Positions 54,623 through 64,000 are shown, counted from the first letter of the stretch. The stretch is 64,000 bases of DNA from an uncultured bacterium (GCA_965368975.1 CBDUPA010000011.1:96001-160000); one strand, 5' to 3'. Made by a program: numbers and translations. The notes: generated by a model not told the origin, from the sequence alone.

Positions 54623-57600
54623 GTGCTCCGTTCTCTGACTACTGCCTGTGTCGCGTCGCTGGTTCTGCTCTTGTCTTCCTGGTGCTCGGTTCCTCTGGAT
54701 GCGGCTGAGGAGCGCGCCAAGAAGGAAGACTGGGACGTCAATGCCGCGCACGGCTCCACGCGCACGGTCACCTTCACCACCGACGAAGGCACCTGGATGC
54801 CGCTCGACGTGCATCCCGACGGCCGCCACCTGGTCTTCGCCCTGCTCGGCGATCTCTACCTGCTGCCGATCGAGGGCGGCGAGGCGGTGCGGCTCACCGA
54901 GGGACCGGCGTTCGACACGCAGCCGCGCTTCAGCCCGGATGGTCGTCAACTGGCTTTTGCCAGTGACGGTGAGGGTTCCGAGAACCTGTGGCTGGCCGAC
55001 TTCGTGCGCGGCGAGGACGGCACCTACAGCTTGCACCAGCCGCGCCAGCTGAGCGACGAAGACGAGGTCACCGGTCCTGAGTGGACGCCGGACGGTGACT
55101 ACCTGATCGGGCGCAAACGCACTACCGGCCAGTCGAGCATCGGTGTCGTCGAGCTGCGGCTGTGGCACGTGCGCGGTGGCGAGGGTGTGGTCCTCACCGA
55201 TACCTCAAAGCTGCGCGATGCCGCTGCGCCGCAGGTGTCGCCGGACGGCCGCTTCGTCTACTTCGCCGGGCGCGCCGGCGGCTTCCGGTACGACCGTAAC
55301 GTCTACGACGGTATCTGGCAGCTTGCCCGGCTCGACCGGCGGAACGGCGAGGTGCAGCCGCTGACCGACGTCTTCGGCGGAGCCGCCGCGCCGCGCCTGA
55401 GCCCGGATGGCCGGCAAGTCGCTTTCGTGCGCCGCGTCGACGCCGCCACAGAACTGCAGCTGCTGGACCTGCAGCGCGGCACCGTACGGCAGCTAGCGCG
55501 TGGTGTCACGCGCGATCAAATGCAGGGCTTCGCCGTTCATGGCAACTTCCCGGGCTATGCCTGGATGCCGGATGGAGCCTCGATCGTAGCTACCGCGGAG
55601 GGCAAGATCTGGCGCTTTGACGTTGCGACAGGCCTTCGTACGGCGATTCCCTTCCAGGCACGGGTGGAGCAGGAAGTGCACGACGCCCTGCGCTGGCCGC
55701 GCCGCCTGCAAGGTCCCGGAACGGACGAGGTGCGTGCGCGTCTGTTGCGCTGGCCGGTCGAGGTGGCGGCCGGCGACGGCAAGCTGCTGCTTTTCTCCGC
55801 GGTCGGTCACCTCTATGGCCAGCGTCTGGACGCTACGGGCCAGGTGCAGGGCGAGCCCTTCCGGCTCACGGACGCCGAGCAGCTGGAGTACGCACCAGCC
55901 CTGTCCCCGGACGGACGCCGTCTTGCCTACACGAGCTGGGACGACTCGATGGCGGGTGGCCACCTCTGGCTCGTCGATCTCGATGCCGCCACAGGCCAGC
56001 TCGGCGAGCCGCGGCGTCTGACCCAGTACCCGGGCCAGTATGCCAATCCGTCCTTCTCGCCGGACGGCCGAAGGCTGGTGTACCTGGCGGGCAGCGGCAG
56101 TCCGCAGCGCGGCCGCAGCCTGGAAGCGGAGCTGTGGCATCGATTGCTTTGGATCGATGTCGAATCCGATGGTGCCGACTCGGGCGCCGGCTTCAGTGAG
56201 CCTCACTTCATCGTCGACACCTCCAACCGGGGCAGCAACCGAGCCATGACGCGTCCCGTGTTCTCGCCCGATGGCGAGCGCGTCTTCTTCGTCGACAGCG
56301 CCGAGGGCGGTTTCAGCCGCCGCGAACTACCGCCGACCCAGCTGGTGTCCGTGCGCCTGGACGGCAGCGACCGCCGCGAGCATCTACAGTGGCCCAAGGC
56401 AGAAGAAGCGATCCCGTCGCCGGACGGCCGCTGGGTGCTCTATCGCGAGTTGCAGGATGCCTACCTGGTGCCCTTGCCGCTGGCCGGTAGCGAGCCGGTC
56501 GAGGTCAAGGCCAAGGGCGGTCCTTTGCCGGTCGTCCAGCTCACCGATGGCGAAGGAGCCCTGTGGCTGAACTGGGCGGAGGCCGGCAGCACACTGACCT
56601 GGATCCACGGTCCGATGTACTCGCGCGTGCCGCTGGCGAGAGCTCTTGCGCAGCCCGATGAGAACCGGGCCGATGAGAACCGGGCCGATGAGAACCGGGC
56701 CGACGAGCCCCGGCCGGAAGAGACCGCGCCCGAGCTGGAAGGCGAAGCGGAGAAGGAGGAGACGCACAAGCCGGCTCTGCAGGTCGACCAAACCGAGATC
56801 ACGCTCCGCCTTCCGCGGCATCTCGGTCGTGGCGTCGTCGCCTACCGCGGCGCTCGCGTCGTACCGATGACCGCCAGCTCGGACGACCCCGCCACGACGC
56901 CGATCATCGAAGACGCCGTTCTGCTGGTTGACGGCCACCGCTTGAGGGCTGTCGGTCCCGCCAGCGAGGTCGAGATTCCCGCGGACGCCGAAATCGTCGA
57001 CCTGACGGGCAAGACTGTCATTCCCGGCTTCGTCGACATCCACGGTCACCCGCACTACGCCACGCTCGACATCCTGCCGCGCCGTCCCTGGCAGTACCAC
57101 GCCAACCTCGCCTACGGCGTCACCACCATCCACGATCCGTCGGCACCCAACCACGAGGTCTTCACCCTCGCCGAGATGGTCGAGGCGGGCGAAGTCGCCG
57201 GCCCGCGCATGTTCTCCACCGGCTATGTCATCTACGGCGCCACCGACGCCCACAACATCCGCATCAAGAGCCTGGACGACGCTCGCAAGCAGGTGCGCCG
57301 GTTGCAGCAGCTGGGTGCGATCAGCGTCAAGTCCTACGAACAGCCGCAGCGTCAGCAGCGTCAATGGTTGATCCAGGCCGGCCGCGAAGCCGGCATGATG
57401 GTGATGCCCGAGGGCGGCGGCAACCTGGAAGCCAATATCACCATGATCCACGATGGTCACACCACCATCGAGCACGCTGTCAGCGTTGCGCCGCTGTACC
57501 AGGACGTGCGCACGCTCTTCGCCGAGAGCGGCACCGCATACACGCCGACACTGGAAGTCGTCTATGGGGGCTTGTCCGGTTTCAACTGGTTCTTCCAACA

Positions 57601-58057
57601 CTACGACGTCTTCCGCGATGCCAATCTCGCCCGCTTCGTGCCTCAAGACGTGCTGCAGCGTGAAACGCGGATCCGCGACGTCATGGCGCCGGACGAAGAC
57701 TGGCAACACCTCGTCCTGTCCGCGCGCGACACGCGCGACATTCTGCGCGCCGGCGGCCGCGTGTGCCTGGGAAGCCACGGTGAGATGCAGGGCCTGGGCG
57801 CGCACTGGGAGATCTGGAGCTTCGTCCAGGGCGGTATGACCCCCGCCGAAGCTCTCGCCGCCGCCACCCGCCTACCCGCCGAAGTCCTCGGCCTGGACGG
57901 TGACATCGGCACCCTCGAGGCCGGCAAGCTGGCGGACTTCGTGGTGCTCGGCGCCGACCCGCTGGAGAAGATCGAGAACACCGACTCCGTCGAGCTGGTG
58001 GTCAAGGGAGGTGTGCGCTACACCCCGGATGAGTTGGCGATTTTTCCGGTGCCCTGA
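54623..58057 (+). CDS. Exported PD40/TolB-like propeller + amidohydrolase fusion
   Basis: Signal peptide; TDEGTWMPLDVHPDG; many SPDG repeats; IPGFVDIHGH, TIEHA, GSHGEMQGLGAHWE, GKLADFVVL. Confidence 0.87.
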   Translation: MLRSLTTACVASLVLLLSSWCSVPLDAAEERAKKEDWDVNAAHGSTRTVTFTTDEGTWMPLDVHPDGRHLVFALLGDLYLLPIEGGEAVRLTEGPAFDTQPRFSPDGRQLAFASDGEGSENLWLADFVRGEDGTYSLHQPRQLSDEDEVTGPEWTPDGDYLIGRKRTTGQSSIGVVELRLWHVRGGEGVVLTDTSKLRDAAAPQVSPDGRFVYFAGRAGGFRYDRNVYDGIWQLARLDRRNGEVQPLTDVFGGAAAPRLSPDGRQVAFVRRVDAATELQLLDLQRGTVRQLARGVTRDQMQGFAVHGNFPGYAWMPDGASIVATAEGKIWRFDVATGLRTAIPFQARVEQEVHDALRWPRRLQGPGTDEVRARLLRWPVEVAAGDGKLLLFSAVGHLYGQRLDATGQVQGEPFRLTDAEQLEYAPALSPDGRRLAYTSWDDSMAGGHLWLVDLDAATGQLGEPRRLTQYPGQYANPSFSPDGRRLVYLAGSGSPQRGRSLEAELWHRLLWIDVESDGADSGAGFSEPHFIVDTSNRGSNRAMTRPVFSPDGERVFFVDSAEGGFSRRELPPTQLVSVRLDGSDRREHLQWPKAEEAIPSPDGRWVLYRELQDAYLVPLPLAGSEPVEVKAKGGPLPVVQLTDGEGALWLNWAEAGSTLTWIHGPMYSRVPLARALAQPDENRADENRADENRADEPRPEETAPELEGEAEKEETHKPALQVDQTEITLRLPRHLGRGVVAYRGARVVPMTASSDDPATTPIIEDAVLLVDGHRLRAVGPASEVEIPADAEIVDLTGKTVIPGFVDIHGHPHYATLDILPRRPWQYHANLAYGVTTIHDPSAPNHEVFTLAEMVEAGEVAGPRMFSTGYVIYGATDAHNIRIKSLDDARKQVRRLQQLGAISVKSYEQPQRQQRQWLIQAGREAGMMVMPEGGGNLEANITMIHDGHTTIEHAVSVAPLYQDVRTLFAESGTAYTPTLEVVYGGLSGFNWFFQHYDVFRDANLARFVPQDVLQRETRIRDVMAPDEDWQHLVLSARDTRDILRAGGRVCLGSHGEMQGLGAHWEIWSFVQGGMTPAEALAAATRLPAEVLGLDGDIGTLEAGKLADFVVLGADPLEKIENTDSVELVVKGGVRYTPDELAIFPVP
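56657..56701 (+). repeat. Three exact 15-bp tandem copies (DENRA)3
   Basis: gatgagaaccgggcc x3, then a degenerate fourth unit. Confidence 0.95.
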
Positions 58058-58102
58058 ATCGGGCGCGCAAGTGTGCTCATCAATGCGCTCATCCGGGCCT
58101 AT

Positions 58103-59419
58103 CTATCCCACCGGTACAGCGGGCACCGAGTGGGGGTCGAGGCGGCGCAGGAAAGCGTAGCCGATACCGGCCAGGCCGAACTGGAGCCCGGGGGTCTCGG
58201 CACCGTCCGGGACGCCGCAGGGCCAGGGCTGGTCGTCGTGGAGGTGTTGGTCGAGGGCCTGTGCCGCCGCGTCCACCCATGGCATCTGGTCTGGGGTCTC
58301 TTGGTCTGGGGTGTCTGGGTTTGGGGTCTCTGGGTTTGGGGCCTGCCTTTGCGTCGCCGGCCGAGCGGGGGGACGAGAGGTTGTCTGCAGGTCGTGTCGG
58401 CCGCGCTCGATCCAGGGTTCGTGGTCGAGAATCTGGCCCAGGCGCAACAGGCTCCAGGCGATGCCCGCGCCAGGGTCGTCGTCCTTGAGGCTGGGTTCGT
58501 CGCGATCGAGGGAGCTGCGGTGGTCGAGGCTGTGGAGGGCCTGCTGGATCGCACCTTCGGCGGTGGTGCGCAGCTGCGGCTCGCCCGTGAGGCGCCACAA
58601 CTCGGCCAGGAAGATGGCGATGCCGGCGGTGCCGTTGGCGAGGTCGGGGCCCAAGGCGCCGTAGGTGGGCCCTGAGCCCTTGGGCTGCGGTAGCCAGCCC
58701 AGCCAGTTGCAGCGCCCCTGGTGCCAGATCGCGTCGCGGCACAGGCGCCGGCCGAGGTGGCTGACGGCCTGCAAGTAGGGGGCGTTCTCCGACTCCTCCG
58801 TCAGGCCGTTCCTCCCGGGCAGCAGTGCCTCCGTGAGCGGCGGTACCTCGGGCACGAGTGCCCGCCGCAGTTGGTCGGACAGGTGCAGCTGTAGTAGGTG
58901 GACGGTGGTCGTGAAGAAGCGGCGACTGACGCAGAGCACCGCGGCGTCGGGGCGGCCGTAGCGGTCCGGATCCGCAAGGCACTCGAGGCGGAAGGGAACC
59001 AGGGCCTGGTTCAAGGTGTCGGTCACCGAGGCCACCAGCTCGGCGGCGTGCGTCGCGGGCACGTGGAAGGAGAAGTGCACGGTCAGGGCGTCTTCGAGCC
59101 CGTCCCCGAGCCGTTCGCCGTAGGCGACGTAGCGGCTGTTGGGCTCGTCGACCTCCTCGTACCCCGCCCGCAGGTAGATCTCGTCGCCCACCTGTGGCGG
59201 CCGCCCATCAATGGGGTTGAGGAACTCACCGGCAAGCGGGACGCGCTGGCGGTCGCCCTTGGTCACGGAGAGGCGGTCGTTGTATTCGTCGATGCTCTCG
59301 ATCCGCCATCCCTTGTCCCAGCGTTCACGGCTGCGGTTGGCCTGCGACAGGGTTTGCAGGAAGGCCGCTCCCCGCGCGGAGGTCTGTCTGGGAGGTACCG
59401 GGGAGAGTGGAAGGCTCAT
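58103..59419 (-). CDS. Compact fusion of a HopA1-like (LanY-type lyase) domain and a partial LanC-like domain; degenerate
   Basis: LSQAN..RWDKGW, LNQALVPFRL, YGRPDAAVL (HopA1-like); DLANGTAGIAIFLAEL, GAGIAWSLL, PGLQFGLAGIGYAFLR (LanC-like); AGGAG RBS. Confidence 0.72.
   Translation of the reverse strand: MSLPLSPVPPRQTSARGAAFLQTLSQANRSRERWDKGWRIESIDEYNDRLSVTKGDRQRVPLAGEFLNPIDGRPPQVGDEIYLRAGYEEVDEPNSRYVAYGERLGDGLEDALTVHFSFHVPATHAAELVASVTDTLNQALVPFRLECLADPDRYGRPDAAVLCVSRRFFTTTVHLLQLHLSDQLRRALVPEVPPLTEALLPGRNGLTEESENAPYLQAVSHLGRRLCRDAIWHQGRCNWLGWLPQPKGSGPTYGALGPDLANGTAGIAIFLAELWRLTGEPQLRTTAEGAIQQALHSLDHRSSLDRDEPSLKDDDPGAGIAWSLLRLGQILDHEPWIERGRHDLQTTSRPPARPATQRQAPNPETPNPDTPDQETPDQMPWVDAAAQALDQHLHDDQPWPCGVPDGAETPGLQFGLAGIGYAFLRRLDPHSVPAVPVG
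58285..58344. repeat. Four degenerate 15-bp G-rich tandem units
   Basis: tctggtctggggtct / cttggtctggggtgt / ctgggtttggggtct / ctgggtttggggcct. Confidence 0.8.
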
Positions 59420-59437
59420 GGGGGTCTCCTGGAGCGT

Positions 59438-60571
59438 TCAGAGAGCGAGTAGCTCGGCTGCGCTCTGATCGGGGTCGTGCAGCATGTCGGCCGCCGTTTG
59501 CAGCATGACGATGCCCTGCCCGGTCATCTCCGGCACTTGCATCAGGTGCTCGTAGGCGCTCTGCAGCAGGCGTGCACCGGCATGGCGGAAGGTGCGTTGC
59601 AGCTGCGGCCGTGCGTCCGCGACGTTCCAGCCACGGCCCTGGCAGTAGGCGTGCCACAACGCCAGGGCCGACGGCTGGAGCTGGCGCAACGGAACCTGGG
59701 CGTATTCCGGAAGCTGGTCGGGGTTGGTCCCGGTCGGAGCCTTCATCGACAGGATCCAGGACAGCAGGAAGGCCTGTAGCAGGGACCCGACATCCCAGGC
59801 AGCATCGCTGATGTCGGCCAGCTCCCAGTCGACGAAGTACAGCCGCGGCTCGGCGTCACCCTGCTGGGCGGCGTCACCCTGCGGGGCCGTGTCCTCCTGG
59901 GTTGGCAGGATGATGCAGTTGTCCCACTTCATGTCGCCGTGGATCAGGCTGTCGAAGCGCCAACTGGCGTTCAGCTGCTCGATCTGGGCGGTGAGCTCGG
60001 GCCGGGAGCGCAGGAAGTCCACCATCGCGATCGTGCCGCCGGTGGTGACGGGACCGGCGTTGTCGGCTTGGTGCAGGCGCAAGATCCACGGCGTCTTGCG
60101 CGGAAAGATCGGACTCTCCGGAGGCTCGACCTGCTGGGCGAGTTCGAAGACGCTGACCGCGTGGTAGGTCGCGAGCCCTTCGCCCAGGAGTCGGGACAGG
60201 TCGGGCGGGCAGGTGTCGAGCTGCTCCAGGAACTCGGTCAGCGAAGAGCCAGGTAGTAGCTCGATAACCAGGCAAGGACGGGCGATGTCGTAGTCCAGCC
60301 AGCGTGGTAACAGGCGGGCCAAGGTGGGTGCGGATCCGCTGTGTGCCAGCTGGTAGCAGGCCGCCTCGCGGTGCAGGTAGGCGGCTTCGAAGTCGTCGAG
60401 GATTGGTGGCTGCTTGATGAACAGGCTGCCACCACTTCCGCGGTGCACCCGGAAGTTGCGGTTGCGGCCACCGACGCTAATGACGCGGAAGGTACCGTCG
60501 ATGATCGATGCGGCGTCCAGGTGGCCTCAGCCCATCAGGTAGTGAGCAAGATTGGTCGTAGTGAGGAACAT
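59438..60571 (-). pseudogene. APH-family (LanK-like) phosphotransferase interrupted by in-frame TGA at codon 15 (pseudogene or recoded)
   Basis: GGAGAG RBS + ATG 60571: MFLTTTNLAHYLMG*GHLDAASIIDGTFRVISVGGRNRNFRVHRG.. in frame with ORF 59438..60448; intact LFIKQ, LIHGDMKWDN, FVDWELA. Confidence 0.75.
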
Positions 60572-60654
60572 GTGCGGCTCTCCGATCCAGCCTGGAACTC
60601 GGACAATCCTGTCATAGCACTGTCACCGTGCAAGCCTTGGTACACTTCAAGGTC

Positions 60655-61812
60655 ATGCGGAATTCGTTCACCACCTCGAAGGCCCAGCGATGGGCGGCCG
60701 TGACGCCGTCTCAGGGGGCACGGTTTCTCAGGCTGCTGGGCCTGCTGCTCGCGTCGTACCTGCTGCTCCCGGCCACCGCGGAGTCGCCTGCGCCGGAGGC
60801 GCGCCGTTCTATCGACGAGGCCGCTACAGGCACGGCCGCGCTGCCCTTTCTGCGCGGCATGACGGTCACCTGCCCGCGCAGTGGACAGATCTGGGGCAGC
60901 GGACACATGCGCGAGGCGCTGCGCGAACTCAAGAGTCTGGGCGTCGAGTGGGTAGCGATTCATCCCTACGCCGGCATCCGTCGCGATGGCTCCATCCGCT
61001 CGACGCCGGCCGGGCGCACCGGCTACCTGGATCGGGCTATCGACATCGCACGTGAGGAAGGCGTCAACCTGTTCTGGAAGCCGCACCTGGCCTATTGGGG
61101 GCAATTCGACTGGCGAGGGGCCATCACCTTTGGTGATGACCAGGCCGCCTGGAACCGCTTTTTCGCGGACTATCGAGAGTTCCTACTCGATCACGCCCGT
61201 TTCGCCCAGCGCGCCGGGATTCCGCTGCTGGCTGTCGGGGTCGAGCTGGAAAGGACCACTTTCTATGACGCGCAGTGGCGTCAGCTGATTGCCGACGTCC
61301 GCCAGGTGTACCAGGGGCGTATTGTCTACGCTGCCAACTGGGATCGACTTGCGCTCGTGCCCTTCTGGGATGCTGTTGACTACATCGGTGTGCAGGCGTA
61401 CTTTCCGCTCAGCCGTGACCCGGATCCGGACCAGCGAGCGCTGGAATTCGGCTGGCGCCAGCACCTCGCTCAGCTACGTTCGCTGTCACGGCGCTACGGC
61501 GACAAGCCGGTGTTGTTCACCGAGATCGGCTACAACCGTTCCGACACCGCGGCGCTCGAACCGTGGGCTTACGAGGTCCGCGATTCGACCCGCAATCGAG
61601 CGCTGCGGCAGCGCTTGATGGACGTTGCCTTTGATCTGGCCGAGCAGGAACCGATGGTTCGAGGTTTGTTCTGGTGGAAATGGATGCCCGGATCCGTGGC
61701 ATACTCGAACTTCTCGATGCGCGACCCCGAAGCCATCGAATCCCTACGCCGTGCCTGGGCGCCCACGAAAAGCATTGAGCTAGAGACTCGGGTACTCCAT
61801 ACACCCGAGTGA
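60655..61812 (+). CDS. Glycoside hydrolase family 113-like (TIM barrel), exported
   Basis: FWKPHL, WRGAI, GVELE, YAANWD, IGVQAYFPL, LFTEIGY, GLFWWKW. Confidence 0.8.
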   Translation: MRNSFTTSKAQRWAAVTPSQGARFLRLLGLLLASYLLLPATAESPAPEARRSIDEAATGTAALPFLRGMTVTCPRSGQIWGSGHMREALRELKSLGVEWVAIHPYAGIRRDGSIRSTPAGRTGYLDRAIDIAREEGVNLFWKPHLAYWGQFDWRGAITFGDDQAAWNRFFADYREFLLDHARFAQRAGIPLLAVGVELERTTFYDAQWRQLIADVRQVYQGRIVYAANWDRLALVPFWDAVDYIGVQAYFPLSRDPDPDQRALEFGWRQHLAQLRSLSRRYGDKPVLFTEIGYNRSDTAALEPWAYEVRDSTRNRALRQRLMDVAFDLAEQEPMVRGLFWWKWMPGSVAYSNFSMRDPEAIESLRRAWAPTKSIELETRVLHTPE

Positions 61813-61825
61813 AGGAGAGCAGAGT

Positions 61826-62401
61826 ATGGGACTGGAAGCCGCATTTCCCGGTCACCGCGAGATGGTGACGATGTTGGACCACGCTGTGCAACAGCCGTCA
61901 CCGGAAGACATCACCGCCAACCTCACGGATGGCATGAGCCGGCTGATTGCCGACGGCACAGTACGCCTTCCGGAGGCACTGCGTCAGCCGTGCGGCGATC
62001 ACTACGCCCGGCGCCTGCTCTACCGCAGTGACGACCTGGGCTATGTCGTGGTCGCCATGATCTGGGGGCCGAAGCAGGGTACCGCCCTGCACGACCACGA
62101 CGGTACGTGGTGTGTCGAGGGCGTGCTGGAAGGTCAAATCGAGGTCATCCAGTACGACATGCTGGAGAACCAGGGCGACCGCTGCCGGTTCCGCTGTATG
62201 GGATCCTCGCGCACGGGTGTCGGTACGGCTGGTAGCTTGATTCCGCCCTACGAGTACCACACCATCGCCAACGCTCAGTCGGAGGTCCCGGCCATCACGC
62301 TGCACGTCTACGGTCGTGAGATGAGCGAATGCCGGGTCTTCGAGCCGGTGGAAGCGGACTGGTATCAGCGTAGTGTACGCGCCCTGGCCTACGACAACTG
62401 A
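61826..62401 (+). CDS. Cysteine dioxygenase-family (thiol dioxygenase) cupin
   Basis: HYARRLL, W.P.QGT.LHDH, EYHTI.N, TLHVYG; AAGGAG RBS. Confidence 0.87.
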   Translation: MGLEAAFPGHREMVTMLDHAVQQPSPEDITANLTDGMSRLIADGTVRLPEALRQPCGDHYARRLLYRSDDLGYVVVAMIWGPKQGTALHDHDGTWCVEGVLEGQIEVIQYDMLENQGDRCRFRCMGSSRTGVGTAGSLIPPYEYHTIANAQSEVPAITLHVYGREMSECRVFEPVEADWYQRSVRALAYDN

Positions 62402-62431
62402 CCTGGAACCTCTGAGGTAGTAAGGCACCAA

Positions 62432-62848
62432 GTGACGCGTTTCGTCGTGCTGGCGGTTCCGCTGCTCGTGTTGGTCATGGCGGTGTTCAATTTCACTGCC
62501 GAGCAGCTCGGCTATGCCACGTCCGAGAACCTACCGGGCAGGACGCTGGTCAGCGTCTGGATCCTCGAAAGTCTGGGGCTGACGGCGCTCTTCTTGCTGG
62601 TGCAGGGGAGAGCCGGTAACCGCTGGCTCAGCGGTCTGGCCAGTGGCTGGATCGCCTGGGTGTTCCGGGGCCCGCTGCTGGTGATCACTGTCGCCGGCAT
62701 TCTGCCCAACTTGCGCCGCGACTGGTGGTCCATTTCGGTTGGGTGGCTGGTGCTCTACACGCTGTGCGGTCTGGCGCTGGCGTTCCTCGATCGTCCCGCT
62801 TCCATTACCGAAGAGACCACCGTCGAAGAACCCACTGCTCCGGCGTGA
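62432..62848 (+). CDS. Small four-TM membrane protein, unknown function
   Basis: Four hydrophobic segments; fits the gap between the dioxygenase and PKS genes. Confidence 0.6.
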   Translation: MTRFVVLAVPLLVLVMAVFNFTAEQLGYATSENLPGRTLVSVWILESLGLTALFLLVQGRAGNRWLSGLASGWIAWVFRGPLLVITVAGILPNLRRDWWSISVGWLVLYTLCGLALAFLDRPASITEETTVEEPTAPA

Positions 62849-62858
62849 GAACTTGGGC

Positions 62859-63932
62859 ATGAGGATTGCGGCGGTCGGCAAGGCGCTGCCGAGGCACTAC
62901 TACGACCAGCAGCAGTTGCTCGATGCCTTGCGCGAGCTGTGGACACAGCGGCACTACAATCCCGAGCGCCTGGAACGCCTGCACCGCAACGTACTGGTCG
63001 GTGGTCGGCACCTGGCCTTGCCGCTCGAGGACTACTCAGCCCTGGCCACCTGGGGGGAAGCCAATGACGCCTGGATCGAGGTCGCCCAGGACGTCGGCGA
63101 ACGAGCGGTTCGTGATGCTCTGCAGCGTGCCGGCCTACAGCCGCACGATGTCGATGTACTGATCTTCGTGACGGTCACCGGCATCGCGACGCCATCGATC
63201 GACGCCCGACTGGTCAACCGCCTGGGCCTCAAGCCGCAGGTCAAGCGCCTGCCGATCTTCGGCCTCGGCTGCGTTGCCGGCACCGCGGGAGTTGCTCGTG
63301 CCGCCGACTATGTACGCGCCTTTCCGCGCCAAGTCGCAGTGTTGCTGTCCGTCGAGCTGTGCTCGCTGACGCTGCAGCGGGAGGACTTGTCGATTCCCAA
63401 CCTGATTGCCTCCGGCCTCTTCGGTGACGGCGCCGCGGCCGTCGTAGTGGTCGGCGCCGAGCATCCGCGGGCGTCCAGCGCTCAGCCGATGATTGTCGAC
63501 AGCCGTTCCGTCTTCTACCCGGACACCGAGGATGTCATGGGCTGGAACATCTCGGAGCGCGGCTTCCAGATCGTGCTCTCCGCGGACGTGCCCAAGGTGA
63601 CGCGGGACTTCCTGCGCCGGGACGTCGATGCCTTCCTCTCCGAGCACGGTCTGGCGCGTGACGACATCGGTTGCTGGGTCTGTCATCCGGGCGGCCCCAA
63701 GGTGCTCGAGGCGATGCAGTTGGCCTTGGAGTTGCCGGCTGGCGCGCTTGACGTCACCTGGCGCCAGTTGCGCGAAGTCGGCAACTTGAGTTCAACCTCC
63801 GTCTTGCTGGTGTTGCGCGAGTCCTTGCAGCGCCACCAATCCGGCGAGCAGCCGCTCGATCCGGGATCGTTTGGCTTGATGCTGGCCATGGGGCCCGGAT
63901 TCTGCTCGGAGCTGGTTTTGTTGCGCTTCTGA
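62859..63932 (+). CDS. Type III polyketide synthase (SrsA/BpsA-like)
   Basis: Catalytic triad contexts GLGCVAG, CHPGGPK, GNLSS; VELCSL, LFGDGAAA, AMGPGF; ATG 62859. Confidence 0.93.
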   Translation: MRIAAVGKALPRHYYDQQQLLDALRELWTQRHYNPERLERLHRNVLVGGRHLALPLEDYSALATWGEANDAWIEVAQDVGERAVRDALQRAGLQPHDVDVLIFVTVTGIATPSIDARLVNRLGLKPQVKRLPIFGLGCVAGTAGVARAADYVRAFPRQVAVLLSVELCSLTLQREDLSIPNLIASGLFGDGAAAVVVVGAEHPRASSAQPMIVDSRSVFYPDTEDVMGWNISERGFQIVLSADVPKVTRDFLRRDVDAFLSEHGLARDDIGCWVCHPGGPKVLEAMQLALELPAGALDVTWRQLREVGNLSSTSVLLVLRESLQRHQSGEQPLDPGSFGLMLAMGPGFCSELVLLRF

Positions 63933-64000
63933 TCGTCCTGCCGAGGGTGGGCTCCCCTCTACCAGGTTCCTGCCACTAGTTCCTGCGCTGCTAAGATAGA

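Noticed and set aside
60572-60654. Lanthipeptide precursor next to the APH gene
   Set aside because: Only about 80 bp of divergent promoter space with no suitable ORF; the minus-strand ORF 60535..61104 is antisense to the GH113 gene

Overview
High-GC (roughly 65-68% by eye) bacterial chromosomal segment. The gene repertoire suggests Acidobacteriota (Thermoanaerobaculia-like) or a related diderm lineage; this is inference. Core genes: argS, hutI, yggS, a rpsU-mutS2-dnaG-rpoD macromolecular-synthesis operon, thiG, a deoxynucleoside kinase, rne, xseAB, polX and three tRNAs (CAT/probable Ile2, Asn-GTT, Arg-ACG). Accessory content: two PEGA-domain membrane Ser/Thr kinases each followed by an exported beta-propeller gene; a YqiJ/NfeD-like + flotillin + 1890-aa DUF3686-type AAA+ ATPase operon without pspA; two putative nucleotidyltransferase toxin-antitoxin pairs (one apparently catalytically degenerate, one low-GC with a 54-aa partner missing from the ORF track); and an orphan class V lanthipeptide-like pair. 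That pair is an APH-family kinase whose true start lies upstream of an in-frame TGA followed by a stem-loop, plus a compact, degenerate HopA1-LanC fusion. Also present: a leaderless TrmB-family gene with a perfect 20-bp palindrome over its promoter, a type III PKS, and a window-wide recurrence of 15-bp tandem micro-duplications. No CRISPR array, rRNA, transposase or integrase was seen. All family assignments come from motif recognition by eye, not from database searches.
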